Notes under the pieces: generated by a model | Told to the model about the DNA's origin: nothing | What the model saw: only the letters and a program-made list of their open reading frames with translations | The model's database searches: none | Program-made: the position numbers and the translations under genes | Source: an uncultured Pelagibacteraceae bacterium | Lineage (GTDB): Bacteria > Pseudomonadota > Alphaproteobacteria > Pelagibacterales > Pelagibacteraceae | Direction: 5' to 3' | NCBI GenBank assembly: GCA_902515355.1 | Contig: CABXUA010000002.1 | Location: 15,164 to 79,163, forward strand | DNA length: 64,000 nt | Shown here: piece by piece, positions 20,534 through 31,669 of the stretch | Numbering within the stretch: position 1 is the first letter of the stretch | Layout of the letters: each line of letters begins with the position of its first letter

Positions 20534-20566
20534 TTGATACGTCAAGTTGTTAGCTTGACGTATCAA
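20534..20566 (+). terminator. Hairpin downstream of metY
   Basis: TTGATACGTCAAG-N7-CTTGACGTATCAA, 13-bp perfect inverted repeat. Confidence 0.7.
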
Positions 20567-20589
20567 ATCCATATATTAAAAGAATTTAG

Positions 20590-21159
20590 ATGAGCAAAGT
20601 ATTCGTGGTTTATGGCCATTATGATGATAAATCTTTTAATGCAGCCATCAAACAAACTTTTATAAAAACAGCAAAACAAAAAGGTCATGAAATTGATTGT
20701 GTTGATTTATATAAAGAGAAATATGATCCAGTTTTTGCTGGAGGAGAACCGACGCCTGATGTTTTAGATCATAGAAAAAGAATTGAGAAATGTAGTACAA
20801 TAGTTTTGATAGCCCCTATTTGGAATTTTAGAATGCCAGCAATTGTTGAGGGGTGGATAGACAAAGTTTTAGCGCCACCTTGGGCTTTTAGATTTAAGAG
20901 ATTAGTTGGTAATTACGGTTATCCTTTAGGAAATTTAAAAGATAAAAAGGCTATAATATTTTGTACCTACGGCTCTCCAAGATTAGCTGTTACAACCTTT
21001 TTTTTAAATTTACCCATAAGAAGATTAAAAAGAGGAGTATTTCATATATGCGGTATAAGAAATATTAATTATAGAAGATACTTTGCTGTTCCTTTTGTGA
21101 GTGAAGAAAAGAGAAAAGAATTTTTAAAGGACGTAGAAAAAACTGCATCTAATTTATGA
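20590..21159 (+). CDS. NAD(P)H:quinone oxidoreductase (flavodoxin-2 fold)
   Basis: GH...SFN, DLY, PIWNF.MPA..EGWIDKV. Confidence 0.85.
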   Translation: MSKVFVVYGHYDDKSFNAAIKQTFIKTAKQKGHEIDCVDLYKEKYDPVFAGGEPTPDVLDHRKRIEKCSTIVLIAPIWNFRMPAIVEGWIDKVLAPPWAFRFKRLVGNYGYPLGNLKDKKAIIFCTYGSPRLAVTTFFLNLPIRRLKRGVFHICGIRNINYRRYFAVPFVSEEKRKEFLKDVEKTASNL

Positions 21160-21620
21160 ATAATTTTTTTAAATTTTTATTTTTTATTTTTGTTCTCAAT
21201 ATAAATTCATTAGAAGCTGAAATTGTTAAACCAAACAGTAATATAAAGCCTGAACAAGTAGTTAAAATACAGTTAAAGGGCTTGATGAAAAATGATTTAA
21301 ATTATAAAGATCAGGGAATTGAACAAACTTGGGAATTTGCTCATCCTAATAATAAAATTTTTACTGGACCAATAAACAATTTTAAAGAAATGATTAAGGG
21401 CGAATATTACAAGATGCTTATTGACCATGCTAAGCACGATATAAAAGAATTATATGTAGATGAAGGAATAGCGGTCTTCGAGGTCACAGTTTTGGATAAC
21501 AATAACAAATATTTTAAATTTAAATGGCAGGTTGAAAAATATATAGAAGATGGTCCTTTAAAAAATTGTTGGTTAACAACAGTTGTCTCTCAACCAACTC
21601 CTGTGGGTGAAGCTATATAA
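21156..21620 (+). CDS. Secreted DUF4864-like protein
   Basis: PEQVVKIQL..L..ND, WEFAHP.N, CWLT motifs. Confidence 0.65.
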   Translation: MNNFFKFLFFIFVLNINSLEAEIVKPNSNIKPEQVVKIQLKGLMKNDLNYKDQGIEQTWEFAHPNNKIFTGPINNFKEMIKGEYYKMLIDHAKHDIKELYVDEGIAVFEVTVLDNNNKYFKFKWQVEKYIEDGPLKNCWLTTVVSQPTPVGEAI

Positions 21621-21673
21621 ATATTTAATCATTTAAATCTAACTTAATTTATCATATTCTGAATATCTAAAAT

Positions 21674-24106
21674 ATGAAATCAAAGACGAAAGTAGTGGTT
21701 ATAGGAGGCGGTGCAGTAGGAGTTAGCACGCTTTATCATTTGGCGAAAAAAGGTTGGTCAGATGTTGTGCTGGTTGAAAGAAAAGAATTAACTTCTGGAT
21801 CTACATGGCATGCAGCTGGTTTATTGCCTCTATTTAATATGAGCTACTCTGTAGGACAATTACATAGATACGCCGTTCAATTATACAAATCTTTAGAAAA
21901 AGAAACGGGAAAAAAAGTTGGTTTTAGTGTTGTTTCTAATATTCGTTTAGCACAAACACAGGATCGTATGGATGAATATCATCAATATGCTGGGGTAGCT
22001 AAAACAATTGGAGTAAATGTTAAATTCTTAAAACCCGAACAGGTAAAAGAAATTTGGCCACTATGTAATATAGAAGGTTTGGTTGGAGCAATTCAACATC
22101 CTGAAGATGGTTATATTCAACCTGCAGATCTTACTCAAGCTCTTGCAACAGGAGCAAGAAATCGTGGTGCAGAAATTTATAGGAACACAACCGTAGTTGG
22201 AATTAAACAAACAAAAGATGGTTGGACTGTTGAAACTGACAAAGGAGCTATTTCATGTGAACACGTTGTTTCTTGTAGTGGAAACTTTGCAAGACAAACT
22301 GGCAAAATGGTAGGTTTAGAAGTTCCAGCAATACCTGTGGAACACCAATTCATAGTAACAGAGCCACATCCCGAAATTCAAAAAAGAAAAAAAGAGGGCA
22401 AACCAGAAATGGGTGTTCTTAGAGATAGTGATAATTCTTGGTATATGAGAGAGGAGGCAGGTGGATTTCTTTTAGGGCCTTATGAAAAAGGCGCACCATG
22501 TTGTTATGTAAATGGACCGTCAAAAGATAGCGAGTATGAATTATTTCAAGAAGATTTAGATCGATTAGCTCCTCATATTGAAGGAGCAATTAAAAGAGTG
22601 CCTGCTTTTGCAGAAGTAGGAGTTAAAAAAGTTTACAATGGAGCAATTTGTTATACGCCTGATGGTAATCCTATAGTGGGTCCTGCTTGGGGACTTAAAA
22701 ATTTTTGGATAAATGAAGGACATAGTTTTGGAATTACAGCTGCAGGGGGGGCAGGATGGCAACTAGCTGAATGGATTGTAGACGGAGAGCCAACAATAGA
22801 CATGTTAGGCGTAGAGCCTAGAAGATATGGGTCTTATGTAACAAAATCTTATTTGATGGAAAAAAATGAAGAAGCGTATGCAAATGTATTTACAGTTCAT
22901 TATCCGGACGAAGAAAGAGAAGCAGGCAGACCACTAAGACAAGCTCCTTGCTATGATCGACTAAAAAAATTAGGTGCAGTTTTTGGTCAAAAATTTGGAT
23001 GGGAGAGAGCAAATTTCTTTGCAACAGATAGTGAGAAGCAAGAAGATGACTGGTCGTTTAGAAGGTCCAATTGGTTTAAAAGTGTAGAGAAAGAGTGTAA
23101 AAATGTTAGAGAGAACGTGGGCTTACTTGATATGTCTGCATTTGGTAAATGTAGAATTAAAGGTCCGGGTTCTGAGGAATTTTTAGATAAATTAGTAGCC
23201 AATAAACTTCCTAAAAACATCGGGCGAATTAATCTTTGCCATGCTTTGAATACAAAAGGTGGAGTTCACTCCGAATTCACAATAATGAGAGAAGCAAAAG
23301 ATAGTTTTTATTTAGTATCAGCTGGGGCGTTTCAAAGATTAGATCATGATTGGATACACAAATGGATGCCAAAAGACGGTTCTGTTCAATATGAAAATTT
23401 AACTAATAGTATGGGAGTGCTTGTAGTTTCTGGTCCGAAGGCAAGAAAACTAATGCAAAAAGTATCAAAAGCAGATTTTTCTAACGAAAAGTTTAAATGG
23501 TTAAGTGCACAAAATATAAATATTGGTTTAGCTCCCTGTAATGCAATGAGAGTGAACTTTGTAGGAGAATTAGGTTGGGAATTGCATCATCCAATAGAAT
23601 ACCAAAATCATATATTTGACAAACTAATGGAAGCTGGAAAAGAATTTAGTCTTAAGCCTTTCGGTATAAGAGCAATGAACAGTTTAAGAGTTGAAAAGTC
23701 TTATAAACTAGTAGGGACAGAACTTTCTATTGAATACGCACCTTACGAGTCTGGCTTAGATAGATTTATTCATCCTAACAAAGGGGATTTTATTGGACGT
23801 GCGTCATTAGATAAATGGAGGGCAAAAGGTTTTTCAAATAAATTGGTAACCATGGAAATTCATGGAGTTTCAGATGCCGATGTATTGGGAAACAATCCCA
23901 TTTATGAGAATGGATCCGTGGTTGGTAGAGCTACTGGTGGAGATTTTGGTTTTAGACTAAATAAATCTATCGCACTTGGAATGGTTAAGCCAGAATATGC
24001 AAAAATTGGACAAAAACTTAAAATAGATATATTAGGTAAAATGCACGAAGTTTCTATCATCGAAGATTCACCTTACGATACTGATAATAAATTGCTAAGA
24101 GCTTAA
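21674..24106 (+). CDS. Dimethylglycine dehydrogenase-like flavoprotein (DAO + GcvT domains)
   Basis: VIGGGAVG, LTSGSTWHAAG (covalent-FAD His), YTPDGNP, C-terminal GcvT fold VGELGWELH; directly upstream of etfBA. Confidence 0.85.
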   Translation: MKSKTKVVVIGGGAVGVSTLYHLAKKGWSDVVLVERKELTSGSTWHAAGLLPLFNMSYSVGQLHRYAVQLYKSLEKETGKKVGFSVVSNIRLAQTQDRMDEYHQYAGVAKTIGVNVKFLKPEQVKEIWPLCNIEGLVGAIQHPEDGYIQPADLTQALATGARNRGAEIYRNTTVVGIKQTKDGWTVETDKGAISCEHVVSCSGNFARQTGKMVGLEVPAIPVEHQFIVTEPHPEIQKRKKEGKPEMGVLRDSDNSWYMREEAGGFLLGPYEKGAPCCYVNGPSKDSEYELFQEDLDRLAPHIEGAIKRVPAFAEVGVKKVYNGAICYTPDGNPIVGPAWGLKNFWINEGHSFGITAAGGAGWQLAEWIVDGEPTIDMLGVEPRRYGSYVTKSYLMEKNEEAYANVFTVHYPDEEREAGRPLRQAPCYDRLKKLGAVFGQKFGWERANFFATDSEKQEDDWSFRRSNWFKSVEKECKNVRENVGLLDMSAFGKCRIKGPGSEEFLDKLVANKLPKNIGRINLCHALNTKGGVHSEFTIMREAKDSFYLVSAGAFQRLDHDWIHKWMPKDGSVQYENLTNSMGVLVVSGPKARKLMQKVSKADFSNEKFKWLSAQNINIGLAPCNAMRVNFVGELGWELHHPIEYQNHIFDKLMEAGKEFSLKPFGIRAMNSLRVEKSYKLVGTELSIEYAPYESGLDRFIHPNKGDFIGRASLDKWRAKGFSNKLVTMEIHGVSDADVLGNNPIYENGSVVGRATGGDFGFRLNKSIALGMVKPEYAKIGQKLKIDILGKMHEVSIIEDSPYDTDNKLLRA

Positions 24107-24856
24107 ATGAAAATATTAGTCGCTGTTAAAAGAGTTATTGATTACAACGTTCAAATTAGAGTTAAAGATGACGGTTCGGGCGTTCATACTGAAAACGTTA
24201 AAATGTCGACAAATCCTCCAGATGATAATGCGGTCGAGGAGTCTGTAAAACTAAAAGAGTCTGGAAAAGTAAAAGAAGTTGTAGCAGTTACAATTGGCGA
24301 AGATAAAGCGCAAGAGACTGTGCGTAAAGCTTTAGCTGTTGGTGCTGATAGAGGAATTCATGTTAAAACTAATAGCTATATAGAGCCTTTAGGAATTGCA
24401 AAGATTTTAAAAAAAGTTGTTGAAAAAGAAAAACCTGACATGGTTTTTTTAGGAAAACAAGCAATCGACGATGATTGTAATCAAACAGGGCAAATGCTAG
24501 CTGCTATGTTAAATTGGCCTCAAGCAACATTCTCATCAAAAGTTGATTTAAAAGATAAAAGCTTAGAGATAATTCGAGAAATAGATGAAGGTCTTGAAAC
24601 TATTGAAATAAATTTACCAGCAGTTGTTACTTGCGATCTTAGACTTAACGAACCTCGCTATGCATCTCTTCCAAACATTATGAAAGCAAAAAAGAAACCA
24701 ATAGACCAAATGATTGCTAAAGATTTAGGTGTAGATATTACAAATAGGGTTCAACAATTAAAAGTTGAGGAACCGCCAAAAAGAAAAGCAGGAATTAAAG
24801 TTGCAAATGTTTCTGAATTAGTAAGCAAGCTTAAAAATGAGGCAAAAGTAATTTAA
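24107..24856 (+). CDS. etfB: Electron transfer flavoprotein beta subunit
   Basis: [42 protein letters not shown]. Confidence 0.95.
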   Translation: MKILVAVKRVIDYNVQIRVKDDGSGVHTENVKMSTNPPDDNAVEESVKLKESGKVKEVVAVTIGEDKAQETVRKALAVGADRGIHVKTNSYIEPLGIAKILKKVVEKEKPDMVFLGKQAIDDDCNQTGQMLAAMLNWPQATFSSKVDLKDKSLEIIREIDEGLETIEINLPAVVTCDLRLNEPRYASLPNIMKAKKKPIDQMIAKDLGVDITNRVQQLKVEEPPKRKAGIKVANVSELVSKLKNEAKVI

Positions 24857-25809
24857 TGTCAGTATTATTAATTGCAGAACACAATAACAAAAATCTTAAA
24901 CCATTTACTTTAAATGCAATAACCGCAGCATCCAAAATTGATGGAGATGTTCATGTTTTAGTAGCTGGCAGTGGTTCTGAAGATGTATCAAAGGAAGTTG
25001 CAGCAGTACCTTTAGTAAAAAAAGTTTTACATTGCGATTCTCCCAATTATCAAAATTACCTACCTGAAAATTTAGCGCCACTTGTTACAAAATATTCAGA
25101 AAAATATGATCATATTATAGCTTCAGCGAATACGTTTGGAAAAAACTTTATGCCAAGAGTAGCTGCGGCTTTAGATACTTCGCAAGTGAGCGATGTTATA
25201 AAAGTAAATTCGCCAGACACTTTTGTAAGACCAATTTATGCTGGCAACGCCTTTGCTACAGTAAAAAGTAATGATAAAAAAAAATGTGTAACGATTAGAC
25301 CAACCTCTTTTGAGCCAGCTCCTAAAACTGGTGGTTCTGCTCAAGTTGAAAAAATTGATTCTGTTGAGGTTCCTAACTTTTCAAAATTTATTAAAAGAGA
25401 AGAAACAAAATCAGAAAGACCAGAGCTTGGAACTGCAAGAGTTGTCATATCTGGTGGAAGAGGTTTAGAAAGTGGAGAAAATTTTAAGCTTATAAATGAC
25501 ATTGCAGACAAACTTAACGCAGCAGTAGGAGCATCACGCGCAGCAGTAGATGCAGGTTACATAAGCAATGATCATCAAGTTGGTCAAACTGGAAAAGTAG
25601 TCGTTCCTGATTTGTATATTGCTGTTGGAATTTCAGGAGCAATTCAGCACTTAGCTGGTATGAAGGAGAGTAAAATAATTGTCGCAATTAACAAAGATGG
25701 TGAAGCCCCTATATTTAGTATTGCTGATTACGGTTTAGAAGCAGACTTATTTAAAGCTCTTCCAGAATTTTTATCTGAGTTGAACAAACTCAATACTATC
25801 CAAAAATAA
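24856..25809 (+). CDS. etfA: Electron transfer flavoprotein alpha subunit
   Basis: [38 protein letters not shown]. Confidence 0.95.
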   Translation: MSVLLIAEHNNKNLKPFTLNAITAASKIDGDVHVLVAGSGSEDVSKEVAAVPLVKKVLHCDSPNYQNYLPENLAPLVTKYSEKYDHIIASANTFGKNFMPRVAAALDTSQVSDVIKVNSPDTFVRPIYAGNAFATVKSNDKKKCVTIRPTSFEPAPKTGGSAQVEKIDSVEVPNFSKFIKREETKSERPELGTARVVISGGRGLESGENFKLINDIADKLNAAVGASRAAVDAGYISNDHQVGQTGKVVVPDLYIAVGISGAIQHLAGMKESKIIVAINKDGEAPIFSIADYGLEADLFKALPEFLSELNKLNTIQK

Positions 25810-25830
25810 TTAGTTTGATATAGTCACGTC

Positions 25831-27438
25831 ATGGCTCGAGAAGCAATGCAATACGATGTAGTTATAGTTGGTGCTGGACCAGCGGGATTATCAACGGCAA
25901 TTAAACTAAAACACTTAGATCCTAAATTGAATGTATGCATTTTAGAAAAAGGATCTGAAGTAGGCGCACATATTTTAAGTGGAAATGTTTTAGAGACTAG
26001 AGCTCTTGATGAATTAATTCCTAATTGGAAAGAACAGAGAGCGCCTATTAAAACTAAAGTTTCAAAGGAAAAATTTTTATTTTTAGGAAAAAATTCTTCA
26101 TTAAGTTGGCCAACGTGGCTTTTACCAGCAGTTCAAAAAAATCATAATAATTATATTGTCAGCCTTGCTAATCTTTGTCGATGGCTTGCAGAACAAGCTG
26201 AAAAGTTAGGAGTAGAAATTTTTCCAGGATTTCCTGCAAGCGAAGTTCTTTACAATGAAGATGGCTCTGTTAAAGGAGTAGCAACTCTAGATATGGGTTT
26301 GGACAAAGAAGGAAATAAAAAAGATGGATATCAAGAGGGGATGGAACTTCATGCCAAAGTTACAGTTTTCTCAGAAGGTTGTAGAGGTCATTTAGGAAAA
26401 GAATTGATTAAAAAGTTTAATCTTGATGAAGGAAAAGATCCTCAACAATACGGTATCGGTTTAAAAGAAATTTGGGAAGTAAATGATGAACAGCACCAAG
26501 AAGGTTTGGTTATGCATACAGCAGGCTGGCCATTGGATAGTAAAACATATGGCGGAAGTTTTATTTATCACGCCGAAAAAAAACAAATTTATATAGGATA
26601 TGTTATCGGTCTTGATTATCAAAACCCACACCTATCACCTTTTGATGAATTTCAAAGATTTAAAACACACAAAACAATAAGAAAAATGTTAGAGGGTGGA
26701 AAAAGAATTTCATTTGGTGCGAGAGCTTTAATTGAAGGTGGTCTTCAAAGTTTACCTAAAATGTATATGCCCGGTGCATTATTAGTTGGATGTGATGCTG
26801 GAACATTAAACATGCCAAAGATTAAAGGAACTCATACAGCAATGAAAAGTGGAATGATAGCTGCAGAAACTATTGTAGAGCATGTAAAAAATAAAAGAAA
26901 ACTTTCTTACTACGAAGAACTATTTAAAAAAAGTTGGGTATATAATGAGCTTTATACAGCTAGAAATGTGAAACCAAGTTTTAGTTGGGGTTTAATTTTA
27001 GGAATTATTTTCACAGGATTAGATCAAATTCTTTTTAGAGGGAAATTACCTTTCACTTTGAAGCACAAACATGCTGATCACGAAGCATTAAAACCAGCTA
27101 ACTCTATGCCCAAAATAGAATATCCAAAACCTGATGGAAAATTAACTTTTGATAAGACCAGCTCAGTTTATTTAACAGGAACTAATCACACAGAGAATCA
27201 ACCAGTACATCTTAAATTAAAAGATCCAAACCTACCTACCAGATATACTCTGAAAGAATATGATGAGCCAGCTCAAAGATATTGTCCGGTAGGTGTTTAT
27301 GAAATTCAACAAGAAAAGTTTGTAATCAATTCTCAAAATTGTATTCATTGTAAAACTTGCGATATTAAAGAACCATCTCAAAATATTACTTGGGTTACTC
27401 CAGAAGGTGGTGGTGGTCCTAAGTATGGAAATATGTAG
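25831..27438 (+). CDS. ETF-ubiquinone oxidoreductase
   Basis: VGAGPAGL, EKGSEVGAHILSG, KIKGTHTAMKSG, NCIHCKTCDIK 4Fe-4S motif. Confidence 0.95.
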   Translation: MAREAMQYDVVIVGAGPAGLSTAIKLKHLDPKLNVCILEKGSEVGAHILSGNVLETRALDELIPNWKEQRAPIKTKVSKEKFLFLGKNSSLSWPTWLLPAVQKNHNNYIVSLANLCRWLAEQAEKLGVEIFPGFPASEVLYNEDGSVKGVATLDMGLDKEGNKKDGYQEGMELHAKVTVFSEGCRGHLGKELIKKFNLDEGKDPQQYGIGLKEIWEVNDEQHQEGLVMHTAGWPLDSKTYGGSFIYHAEKKQIYIGYVIGLDYQNPHLSPFDEFQRFKTHKTIRKMLEGGKRISFGARALIEGGLQSLPKMYMPGALLVGCDAGTLNMPKIKGTHTAMKSGMIAAETIVEHVKNKRKLSYYEELFKKSWVYNELYTARNVKPSFSWGLILGIIFTGLDQILFRGKLPFTLKHKHADHEALKPANSMPKIEYPKPDGKLTFDKTSSVYLTGTNHTENQPVHLKLKDPNLPTRYTLKEYDEPAQRYCPVGVYEIQQEKFVINSQNCIHCKTCDIKEPSQNITWVTPEGGGGPKYGNM

Positions 27439-27439
27439 A

Positions 27440-27811
27440 TTAAGATAAATCTGTCGCGAATTTTTTTAATTTTTCAATTGGAACTAACTCTAGAGTTTTT
27501 TTGTGCGTTGCTTTTAAATATATTGGACATGCTTTTCCTGCCTCAAGTGCTTTAGCATACCAACTCGCACAAACGCACCATTTATCTCCATTTTTAAGAC
27601 CTGGAAAACCAAACTCTGGATGTGGAGTAATTAAATCATTACCAGCTTCTTTGCACCAGTTTAAAAACTCATCATTTACTTTTACACAAACAGTATGAAG
27701 TCCGTGGTCATTTTTATCCGTATTACAACAACCATCTCTAAACCAACCAGTCATCGGTTCTGTTGAACAGCTTTCTAAATTTTCGCCTAATACGTTTTTT
27801 TGTTTGGTCAT
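27440..27811 (-). CDS. DUF2237-family protein
   Basis: NVLG..L..CS..PMTGWFRDGCC, GNDLITP.PEFGFPGL..GD.WCVCA. Confidence 0.85.
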   Translation of the reverse strand: MTKQKNVLGENLESCSTEPMTGWFRDGCCNTDKNDHGLHTVCVKVNDEFLNWCKEAGNDLITPHPEFGFPGLKNGDKWCVCASWYAKALEAGKACPIYLKATHKKTLELVPIEKLKKFATDLS

Positions 27812-28332
27812 TATAAATTTATTGCGTCCAATAATCTCTCTTTAAAATACTCTTCTAAAGAACAATTGCATGTAATAATAAATTTATCATTTAGATGATA
27901 AATTGAACAATCAATCTTTGCTACTAAAGTCTGAGCCATTGATAAATTGGGAAATTTTTTAATTCTAAAATCAAAATGAGTTAATTTATTCAAATAATAA
28001 TTTTTATCTTTTCCTGAAATTTCAAAATAAACTTGTCCATATGAATAATCTGATGCTAATATTTCTTCGTGAGAATTAAAGTTTGAAACCATTTTTAAGA
28101 CTTCTTTGTGCTCTTTTCTATCTAAATAAAATAGATTCCATTGATCAAATGAATGCTTAGCTAATAAAAATTTATCATTTTGCGTAATTTTTAAATTTTC
28201 TGGCGGAAGAGATAATGACGTCTCTTTATTAATAATTTTTTTAAATTTTTCATCGCCTTTACCTCTTAAAATAATTTGATGTAAATCTTTTTGAAATACG
28301 TCTAATCCTCGAAGCGAATATAGTTCTTTCAT
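27811..28332 (-). CDS. soxG: Sarcosine oxidase gamma subunit
   Basis: Last gene of soxBDA; D.S.G....EISG......L..L..FDF....FP...AQT. Confidence 0.75.
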   Translation of the reverse strand: MKELYSLRGLDVFQKDLHQIILRGKGDEKFKKIINKETSLSLPPENLKITQNDKFLLAKHSFDQWNLFYLDRKEHKEVLKMVSNFNSHEEILASDYSYGQVYFEISGKDKNYYLNKLTHFDFRIKKFPNLSMAQTLVAKIDCSIYHLNDKFIITCNCSLEEYFKERLLDAINL

Positions 28333-31319
28333 GATAATAGCCTTTTGTTTTTTGGATCGAGAAATACTGGATTGACAATTTCAACTGGAATTGTTTCAGA
28401 CTTTGACGGATCTGAGACATATACTTTTTTTCCCATTAACTTTTTCCCCCCTTTTACTAAAGCCATTGCAACGAAATGTTTTAAATTTGGACTATGATAG
28501 CTAGATGTAACATGGCCAAGATATTCAATTGGTGTCTCTACTTTTTTTGGTAACTTATTTATTTCTAAAATATGCTGGCCTTCTAAAATTTTTTTATTTT
28601 TATCTAGCGGAAGGATGCCAACTAATTGTTTTCTGTCCTCTCTAGCTGTATCAAATCTAGATAAAGATCTTTTTCCTATAAAGTCTTTTTTATTTTTTCC
28701 AATCATCCAATTTAGATTTAGATCTATAGGAGTAACAGTTCCGTCTGTATCTTGACCAACTACAATATATCCTTTTTCAGCTCGTAAAAGGTGCATAGTT
28801 TCTGTTCCGTAGGGAACTAAACCTAAATTTTTTCCACTATGAAATATTTTTTTCCAAAGTTCTAAGGCATACTTTGGAGGTATATAGATCTCATAACCCA
28901 ACTCACCAGTAAAACTTGCTCGCATAATTCTTACTTCGGTGTCTAAATATTTAAAATTATTAAATGTCATAAAAGGAAATTTTTCATTACTGAAATCGAT
29001 ATTGCTAAAAACTTTTCTCATAATAGCTCTGGATTTTGGTCCACTAATATTAAATGTTGAAAACTGTTCAGTTATTGAGTTCATGTACACCTCCAGGTTA
29101 GGCCATTCTGTTTGGGCATACTCTTCCATATCAGCCAGAACTTTGGGTGCACCACCTGTTGTAGTGGTAGCAATAAAATGTTGATCATTAATTTTACTTA
29201 CTATTCCATCGTCTTTGATCATTCCATCTTCTCCTAGCATCAAAACATATCTAGAAGTCATCGGTTTCATTTTTGTGAAAGCGTTTGTGTACATTAGATT
29301 CATAAACTCTAAAGCATCTTTTCCCTTCACCTCTATTTTTCCCAGTGTACTCCCATCTAAAATTCCAGCAGACTCTCTTAGTTGTTTTGACTCTCTTTGA
29401 ACTGCTTGATGCATAGTTTCTCCTTTTTTGTTCTTAAAATACCAAGGTCTTTTCCACTGTCCTACATCCTCAAAAACTGCATTATTGTCAATATGCCAAG
29501 AGTGAATGGGTGTTTTTCTTTTGGGATCATAAAACTCATAAGTGTTTCTCCCAGCAATAGCCGAAAAACTTAAAGGAGCAAAAGGAGGTCTGTAAATTGT
29601 GGTACCAACTTCCTCTACACTTTTATTTAATATTTTTGATACAATGCCCAAAGAATTTATACTGCTTATTTTGCCTTGGTCAGTTCCCATACTATTAGTT
29701 GTGAAACGCTTTAAATGTTCTATACGATCAAATCCTTCGGTTATAGCTTGTCTTAAATCTTTAACAGTCACATCATTTTGAATATCAATAAAAGATTTAG
29801 ACCATAAAGACTCTTTTTCAGGTTTAATATCCCAAATTTCACTAATGTTATAATCATTTTCAACATTAGAAATAATTTCAATTTTAGTGTCATTTACTCC
29901 TTTTAAAAAATTCAATTTATTTTTAATTTCATCGTTTAATTTTTGAAAATTAAAATTTCCACTAGCTGATCCAATTACAATAGTATTTTGAAAAGCATTT
30001 TCTGGTTTAAAGGTAAAAAGATTATCGTCCCACTTTATAAGCCCTTTCGATTGAGTAAATAAATTTACATCTGGATTTATACCTCCAGATACACAAAGCA
30101 TATTAGTTTTTAGTTTTATAATATTGCCTTTATGTCTTATAAAAGCCTCTCTAATAATATTTCTTCCATCACAACCCTCTACTTCAGCTCCAGTATAGAA
30201 TAGAATATTATTATTTTTTAGATAGTCTAAGGTACTTTTTTCAATTGAGTTTTCTTCTCTATTGTCAACATATGCTGAAGGTTTGCAATTTAATTCAACA
30301 AGTGATTTTAAAAGACTAAAAGTTGATGAATTATTAGTAAAAATTATAGGATTGGTTTCAGGAACAACTCCATATCTATGAATAAATTTTTCAAATGAAC
30401 CAGCTAACATAACACCTGGGAGATCATTATTTCTAAACGATAAAATTCTTTCAATATAACCGTTTGCCAAAATTGTGTGTTGGGTTCTAATTTTATGCAA
30501 AACGAGTTCGGGTTTATAATTTGGAGGTAAGCTTCCTACTGCTTTATCTTCTAATGCTATCAAATGATTGCTGTAATTATAAGATGAGACTGTTGTATCT
30601 TTTAAAATCTTAATATTTTTTGATTTTGAAATTAAATCTTCAGTTTTTTTTATCCATTCAATTGTATCTAAACCATTAATTTCTTTAATTTTTTTTGAAT
30701 TGTTTAGTGTTCCTCCTAAAAAACTATCTTGTTCGATAATCAAAACATCATAATTTGTGTCAATGAACTTTAATGCTGCTATAAGACCGCTTATACCACC
30801 ACCAACTATTACAACATCAACATTGTGATGATGGTGGGTGCTTTTAGATCTAAATTCTTTCGGAGGTTTTCCAAGACCAGCTGTTTTTCTAATTATAGGC
30901 TCATAAATTTTTTTCCAAAACCCCTTGGGACCCATAAAAGTTTTATAATAAAAACCTGCAGAAAATATTGGAGATAACAAGTTATTGACTGCACCTATGT
31001 CCATTTTAAGTGAAGGCCATCGATTTTGACTTTCGACTATCATTCCTTCATAAATTCTTTTAACGGTAGCTCTTGCATTTGGTTCGTTGTGCTCACTTAT
31101 TATTTGAACAAGAGCATTAGGTTCCTCAATGCCGCAAGTGTATATTCCTCTTGGTCTATGATATTTGAAGCTTCTTCCAACTAAATTTATATTATTTCTC
31201 AGTAAAGCTGAGGCAATTGTATCTCCTTTAAACCCAGTTATTTTTTTGCCATCAAAAGTAAATGAAACTTTTTGGCTACTAATTAAGTGAAAGCTCTTTG
31301 TGTTATTGATTGAACTCAT
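28329..31319 (-). CDS. soxA: Sarcosine oxidase alpha subunit
   Basis: GRSFKYHRPRG, AGFYYKTFM, EHLKRFTT..MGTDQGK, DGSTLGKIEV, SFTGELGYEI. Confidence 0.93.
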   Translation of the reverse strand: MSSINNTKSFHLISSQKVSFTFDGKKITGFKGDTIASALLRNNINLVGRSFKYHRPRGIYTCGIEEPNALVQIISEHNEPNARATVKRIYEGMIVESQNRWPSLKMDIGAVNNLLSPIFSAGFYYKTFMGPKGFWKKIYEPIIRKTAGLGKPPKEFRSKSTHHHHNVDVVIVGGGISGLIAALKFIDTNYDVLIIEQDSFLGGTLNNSKKIKEINGLDTIEWIKKTEDLISKSKNIKILKDTTVSSYNYSNHLIALEDKAVGSLPPNYKPELVLHKIRTQHTILANGYIERILSFRNNDLPGVMLAGSFEKFIHRYGVVPETNPIIFTNNSSTFSLLKSLVELNCKPSAYVDNREENSIEKSTLDYLKNNNILFYTGAEVEGCDGRNIIREAFIRHKGNIIKLKTNMLCVSGGINPDVNLFTQSKGLIKWDDNLFTFKPENAFQNTIVIGSASGNFNFQKLNDEIKNKLNFLKGVNDTKIEIISNVENDYNISEIWDIKPEKESLWSKSFIDIQNDVTVKDLRQAITEGFDRIEHLKRFTTNSMGTDQGKISSINSLGIVSKILNKSVEEVGTTIYRPPFAPLSFSAIAGRNTYEFYDPKRKTPIHSWHIDNNAVFEDVGQWKRPWYFKNKKGETMHQAVQRESKQLRESAGILDGSTLGKIEVKGKDALEFMNLMYTNAFTKMKPMTSRYVLMLGEDGMIKDDGIVSKINDQHFIATTTTGGAPKVLADMEEYAQTEWPNLEVYMNSITEQFSTFNISGPKSRAIMRKVFSNIDFSNEKFPFMTFNNFKYLDTEVRIMRASFTGELGYEIYIPPKYALELWKKIFHSGKNLGLVPYGTETMHLLRAEKGYIVVGQDTDGTVTPIDLNLNWMIGKNKKDFIGKRSLSRFDTAREDRKQLVGILPLDKNKKILEGQHILEINKLPKKVETPIEYLGHVTSSYHSPNLKHFVAMALVKGGKKLMGKKVYVSDPSKSETIPVEIVNPVFLDPKNKRLLS

Positions 31320-31666
31320 TTTTTTACAGTAAAATTTCCTGATCCTAGTTCAGGTTCTCCTGAAGGAGTTTTTAGATTATTAGTAAATTCATCCAAAGAG
31401 GGAGGTTTTTCATTTAATTTATATATTTTTAGTATTTCATCAGTTGCGGTGTTTCTCACAGCGTTAAACCATTTTCTGCAGCCGTGCGAATGCACCCAAC
31501 GTTCAAAGAAGATCCCTTTTGGATTTGAACGCACAAATACATATTCCGACCATTCTTTATCATTTAATTTTTCTGGATCACTGGGTCTTGCTACGTGTGC
31601 TTGACCGCCATTTGAAAACTCGGATTGATCTCTTTCTCCACAATATGGACAATTTATTATAAGCAT
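31316..31666 (-). CDS. soxD: Sarcosine oxidase delta subunit
   Basis: CPYCGER...EF, ERWVH..GCRKWFNAVR Zn-binding motif. Confidence 0.93.
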   Translation of the reverse strand: MLIINCPYCGERDQSEFSNGGQAHVARPSDPEKLNDKEWSEYVFVRSNPKGIFFERWVHSHGCRKWFNAVRNTATDEILKIYKLNEKPPSLDEFTNNLKTPSGEPELGSGNFTVKK

Positions 31667-31669
31667 ATT

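Noticed and set aside
21621-21673. Glycine riboswitch upstream of the DMG-dehydrogenase-like gene
   Set aside because: The spacer is only 53 bp and lacks the GGAGA/GAAG aptamer motifs
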